A DNA stretch of 27,813 nucleotides from a virus. Taxonomy: Duplodnaviria > Caudoviricetes. The translations under genes and the position numbers were made by a program. The DNA lies in the IMG/VR virus record IMGVR_UViG_3300010398_000034, positions 1-27,813 of that record, one strand, 5' to 3'. Within the stretch, counting starts at the first letter, position 1, and each line of letters starts with the position of its first letter. Positions 24,120-27,813 of this stretch are shown here, piece by piece. The notes beneath the pieces were generated by a model that ran no database searches, was not told the origin of the DNA, and saw only the letters and a program-made list of their open reading frames with translations.

Positions 24120-24941
24120 GTGGTGCCCGAAATCAAATTTACCGCTTGGTTAACCGCCGGCTTCGCGGAGTACCAAAGTAATCCGTTGCTGGTGGAGTCC
24201 GTCTTTTGGGATCAGGGCCAGATGGGGCAGCCGACGAATCTGGCTCCGACGCTGCTCTTTGACTCAGAAAAGTTCTGGACCGTGAACGAATATAGCGGGG
24301 GTATCCTGCGTTGGGCCGGCGGCCAGTTTCCCATTGTGAGCAATACGGCCCAGCAGCTCACGCTGGAGGGTGATCCCTCGGTGCTGCCCCCAACTGATAA
24401 TCCGTACTACCAGATCGTGCCGAAAGAAGCGCAGGGGCTCACGCAGCTCCTCCAGACCCAGAAAATGAGCGTCTCGTCGGCTTTTAATCAGGTGCCTACG
24501 GAGATGCCAGCGCTGACCATACGGCTCGAAAAAGATGCCCAGGCCGACACCTATGTGGGCGAAAGTCGCCAGCAGTATGTCGTGGATGGCGTGGAGGTGG
24601 ACATCAATACGACCGCGGTGACGGGGTCCTATCTCTTCTCCGTCTGGGCAATCAATCGCGAGGCAGCTTTATGGCTTTATGCGTGGCTTCTCCACTACAT
24701 TGGGCGCAGTATCCAGCAGTTCAATAGCTGGGGGCTCTACGATATTGCGGTCTCGGGTAGCGATCTCGACCCGGCGCTCCAGTACCTCGCCGAGCGCACC
24801 TATAACCGCCATCTGCTCCTCACCGCCACCCGCACGGAGCGGGCCGTGAACACCCGCCAGCCCGTCGTGTGGATCGAGAGCTGGTGTCTGAAACTGCTCA
24901 CCAATTATCAAACATGGAGCGATACCATTGCTGCCATGTAA
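24120..24941 (+). CDS. Putative tail terminator/completion protein
   Basis: GTG 24120 after GGAGG; 273 aa; upstream of the sheath. Confidence 0.6.
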   Translation: MVPEIKFTAWLTAGFAEYQSNPLLVESVFWDQGQMGQPTNLAPTLLFDSEKFWTVNEYSGGILRWAGGQFPIVSNTAQQLTLEGDPSVLPPTDNPYYQIVPKEAQGLTQLLQTQKMSVSSAFNQVPTEMPALTIRLEKDAQADTYVGESRQQYVVDGVEVDINTTAVTGSYLFSVWAINREAALWLYAWLLHYIGRSIQQFNSWGLYDIAVSGSDLDPALQYLAERTYNRHLLLTATRTERAVNTRQPVVWIESWCLKLLTNYQTWSDTIAAM

Positions 24942-24953
24942 GAAGGAGGCCCT

Positions 24954-25367
24954 ATGGCCGAGCGCCGTCGTGTCCACGCTGAAGGCGAACCGCAAGGACC
25001 ACCCCATGAGGATCCCGAGCATCCCGGCAGACCGCCCGGCGATCCGGAGCACCCTGAGCATCCGCACGGGGCTCCTCCAGGTCAGGAGGACGACAACGGG
25101 GAGGAAGAGGAGGAGCATCCCGCCCATCCGATCGTAGAGCTACAGGCGCCGGCCCCTGTGGCCTATGGAGAGCCGCAACCGGAGGCCATCTTTGTCGAGC
25201 CCCTGCTGGGCCTGGGCGAGTATGTCAGTGTCGCCGGGTTGGGCACGCCGGCGGCAGCGGCCCTGAAGCGCTGGCTGCGCCTCAAGCGCCGGGATTTTAA
25301 CGGGCACTACACGCTGGCGCAGTGGCAGGACGCGGAGGCACAGATGATGGTGTATACGGGGGACTAG
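24954..25367 (+). CDS. Hypothetical protein with acidic His/Pro-rich N-terminus
   Basis: AAGGAGG RBS; DPEHP repeats. Confidence 0.7.
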   Translation: MAERRRVHAEGEPQGPPHEDPEHPGRPPGDPEHPEHPHGAPPGQEDDNGEEEEEHPAHPIVELQAPAPVAYGEPQPEAIFVEPLLGLGEYVSVAGLGTPAAAALKRWLRLKRRDFNGHYTLAQWQDAEAQMMVYTGD

Positions 25368-25440
25368 GGAGACACGTCGACACAACTGCAGAGCCGCGCC
25401 TAGCCCCGCCTAGCTAGCGGTGCGATGCGCAACGTCTTTG

Positions 25441-25479
25441 AGGGACGTCGAGATATCTCGCTCGGCGTCCCTTTTTTTG
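25441..25479 (+). terminator. Intrinsic terminator
   Basis: AGGGACGUCGAG/CUCGGCGUCCCU stem followed by a U-run; lies between convergent genes. Confidence 0.75.
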
Positions 25480-25493
25480 TGTTGCTGGCGCGG

Positions 25494-25691
25494 CTAGGCG
25501 GAGTCGTCGGCCACGAGTCTGAACAGCCACCGGCCATCCGGGAGCGCTTGAGGTGTCCAGTGCCAGCCTGGGGGGGTGTGTGGGTAGGTGAGGCCTCCAG
25601 GCGTGGTGCAGGACACCTGGGGCGGAATCGTCACCGATTCCCCACGATTGAGGCGGTCTACGACGGTCTGAATCGTGTCGGGTACGGACAT
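25494..25691 (-). CDS. Small antisense hypothetical protein (65 aa)
   Basis: Strong AAAGGAGG RBS and an upstream TATACT; MSVPDTIQTVVDRLNRGESVTIP... Confidence 0.6.
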   Translation of the reverse strand: MSVPDTIQTVVDRLNRGESVTIPPQVSCTTPGGLTYPHTPPGWHWTPQALPDGRWLFRLVADDSA

Positions 25692-25727
25692 GGAACGCCT
25701 CCTTTCTTCTAGGAGTATACACGAGTT

Positions 25728-27813
25728 ATGGCTACATTATCGCCCCTAGTCTTTACAGATATAAACAACCAGCCCCGCACGGAGCCATCAGTCAGCTCAT
25801 TATGGCGCTTCGATATCTCTACTGCTACGAGATATGTTACAATAAATGATTGTATTCTTATGAGTTATATGGAAGGTGGACCAGCCAATGCACTGGTTCC
25901 CTATCTTGATTTGCATAGTTTACAAAGCACTTACGATCCAGAAAATCTCGGCATTCTTGGTTCTGATTTGGCGAGTTATTTAAAGACTCCATCATTCGAC
26001 CTCAATGTACGAGGGGCATATCGCGTCTATGTCATCCGCCTGGGGCAGCCGAGCGGCGCCTCCCTCACGCTCCTCGACGGCGCCGCCCTGCAAGTGCTCC
26101 AGCTTACCAGTAAGGACGCGGGCACCTATGCCAATAAAAACAGCGTCGAGGTCGCCAGTGGCACGGTGGTGGGCAAGCGCCTGACGTTTCGGTTTCGCCA
26201 GGAGACGGTCATCCTCAACAACTTGCAAAATGCTTTCCATCTGGCCTACACGGGGAATGCCGCGACCGGCGCCCTCACGATTACGCGCACGGGCGATGTC
26301 GCGACGCGCCTCCAGACGACGCTTAGCGGGGCGAGTGATGGCTCGATTGCGATGGACCTCGACCTGACACAAGACGCCTTCAGTACCATCCAGCAACTCG
26401 TCCAGTACCTCAACGGCCAGAATGGCTACCGCGCCTCGATCGATCCCTACGGCAATGCCCTGCTGCCCAGTGCCCAACTCGACGCCGTTGCCAGTGCCAC
26501 CATCCGCACGCCGGTGGCGCTGGTGGTGCACTACGTAGGTGCGGGTACCGGCTGTACGATGACGACGACGAATACCGCCCTCACTACGCTTGTGTCGGGT
26601 GCCACCGGGCAGAACCTGAACATCGATCTCACCGCCCTCACCACCGATACCCTGGGCGAGGTGGTGAGCTATATCAACTCGTTCACCGGCATCTACACCT
26701 GTCAGCTCGGTCCCAACGCGGATCGGGATGCCTTTGCGCCGAGTCTCCTCACCAACGTGGCGGGCCAGGATATTCGCACGGCGGCCTACTCGCTGCTGGC
26801 ACAGCCCGGCCAGATGGACTACGTCGTGCCAGCGGGACTGGGGAGCATCGTCTTCGCCATTAATACGCTCGTGCCACGGGTCAGTGCGGCGCGGATCACC
26901 GGGGCGACCACGGTACCCGCGAACATCGCCCAGACCTTCCTGGCGGGGGGGACCAACCCGGTGCCGACCACGGCGGACTGGCTGAACGCGCTGGCGGTCA
27001 TCGACCAGCAGGATTTGTCCGGGGCCATGATGCTCCCGGTGACGACGAATCCTGTCTTTCAGGATGCCGTCCTGGCCTGGGCCATCGAGCAACACACCAA
27101 CGCCGGGAAACCCTTCCGCCCCTTCCTCGCCGCGCCCGATTACACCTCGACCGAAGACGCCAAGGCCATGGCCACGGGCTTTAACTCGACGTATGCCGAG
27201 ATGATGTTTCAGGCGGTGGTCAGCTCCAGCGGTGTCACTGAGCAGTCTCCGCTCTACCCGGTGGCGATGTACTGCGGTGGGGCCGCTGGGGCGCTGCCAA
27301 CCCAGTCGCTGACGCGCATGACGATGCGTTGCCGGGCCCTGCCAGCACGCGCCAAGTATGCCCTGTTCCAGCGCGAGGATCTCTTGAATAACGGCGTCTG
27401 TGTCTTAGAGGAGGTGCGCGGGGTCGGCGTGCGTATCGCCCTCGCCATTACCACGTCGCTGTCATCGGACCGTATCGACCGCATGCTCAGTGAGTCGATG
27501 GCCCGCGACGTGATCGACCAGCGCATCCGGGCCTACGTCAACCCGCTGATTCCGCACTGGGCCATGAACGAATACCTCGCGACGGTGAAAATGAGCGTCA
27601 TTCACGCCCTCCAGACGCTCCAGGAAGACGGCATTATCAGCACGGGGCGCGATCTCAACGGCAAGATCATCCCGGCCTGGCTCCCGATTCAGGTGAGTGC
27701 GACGGCAGGGAAGCTCAAAATAACCGTTCACGTCTATATTGGGGGTGAGGTGGATCATATTGACATAGTAGGAACTATAATGTACCAAGAATTCAACATC
27801 GAGATAGATGCAG
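25728..27813 (+). CDS. Tail sheath protein (3' end truncated by the window; absent from the ORF track)
   Basis: One frame read from MATLSPLVFTD (25728) to the window end, at least 695 codons. LQLTSKDAGTYANK, FLAGGTN, C-terminal LLNNGVCVLE...RIALAITT...ALQTLQEDGII...VHVYIGGEVDHIDI are typical of contractile sheaths. Confidence 0.85.
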   Translation, partial: MATLSPLVFTDINNQPRTEPSVSSLWRFDISTATRYVTINDCILMSYMEGGPANALVPYLDLHSLQSTYDPENLGILGSDLASYLKTPSFDLNVRGAYRVYVIRLGQPSGASLTLLDGAALQVLQLTSKDAGTYANKNSVEVASGTVVGKRLTFRFRQETVILNNLQNAFHLAYTGNAATGALTITRTGDVATRLQTTLSGASDGSIAMDLDLTQDAFSTIQQLVQYLNGQNGYRASIDPYGNALLPSAQLDAVASATIRTPVALVVHYVGAGTGCTMTTTNTALTTLVSGATGQNLNIDLTALTTDTLGEVVSYINSFTGIYTCQLGPNADRDAFAPSLLTNVAGQDIRTAAYSLLAQPGQMDYVVPAGLGSIVFAINTLVPRVSAARITGATTVPANIAQTFLAGGTNPVPTTADWLNALAVIDQQDLSGAMMLPVTTNPVFQDAVLAWAIEQHTNAGKPFRPFLAAPDYTSTEDAKAMATGFNSTYAEMMFQAVVSSSGVTEQSPLYPVAMYCGGAAGALPTQSLTRMTMRCRALPARAKYALFQREDLLNNGVCVLEEVRGVGVRIALAITTSLSSDRIDRMLSESMARDVIDQRIRAYVNPLIPHWAMNEYLATVKMSVIHALQTLQEDGIISTGRDLNGKIIPAWLPIQVSATAGKLKITVHVYIGGEVDHIDIVGTIMYQEFNIEIDA

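Noticed and set aside
25992-27788. - strand ORFs in the track (367, 90, 108 aa)
   Set aside because: Antisense shadows of the sheath gene, which the track missed because it has no stop in the window.

Overview
GC-rich tailed-phage (or prophage) DNA-packaging and morphogenesis region for a contractile-tailed virion. The + strand carries a ParB-like/DNA methyltransferase fusion, terS, terL, portal, XkdF-like protease, scaffold, cement protein, major capsid, head-tail/neck genes and a tail sheath that runs off the right end. Antisense cassettes are wedged between these genes: four free-standing HNH endonucleases, a ParB/DGQHR-like gene and small peptides, most with their own sigma70-type promoter. 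The most striking signals are non-coding. (1) Three HNH genes from two unrelated HNH families share a ~70-75 nt three-way-junction RNA that starts at the predicted +1 and ends in a 9-bp stem plus CCCA; the HNH proteins also end in beta-clamp-like motifs. (2) Three + strand promoters are each followed by the same covarying hairpin/pseudoknot leader (GCGUGUUUUGGGAA...). (3) An orphan ~300-nt structured RNA ends in an IS200/IS605 (TnpB omega-RNA-like) right end. (4) A degenerate copy of the capsid N-terminus flanks one HNH, and AT-rich recoded patches lie in conserved structural genes. All calls were made by eye; no database searches were run.
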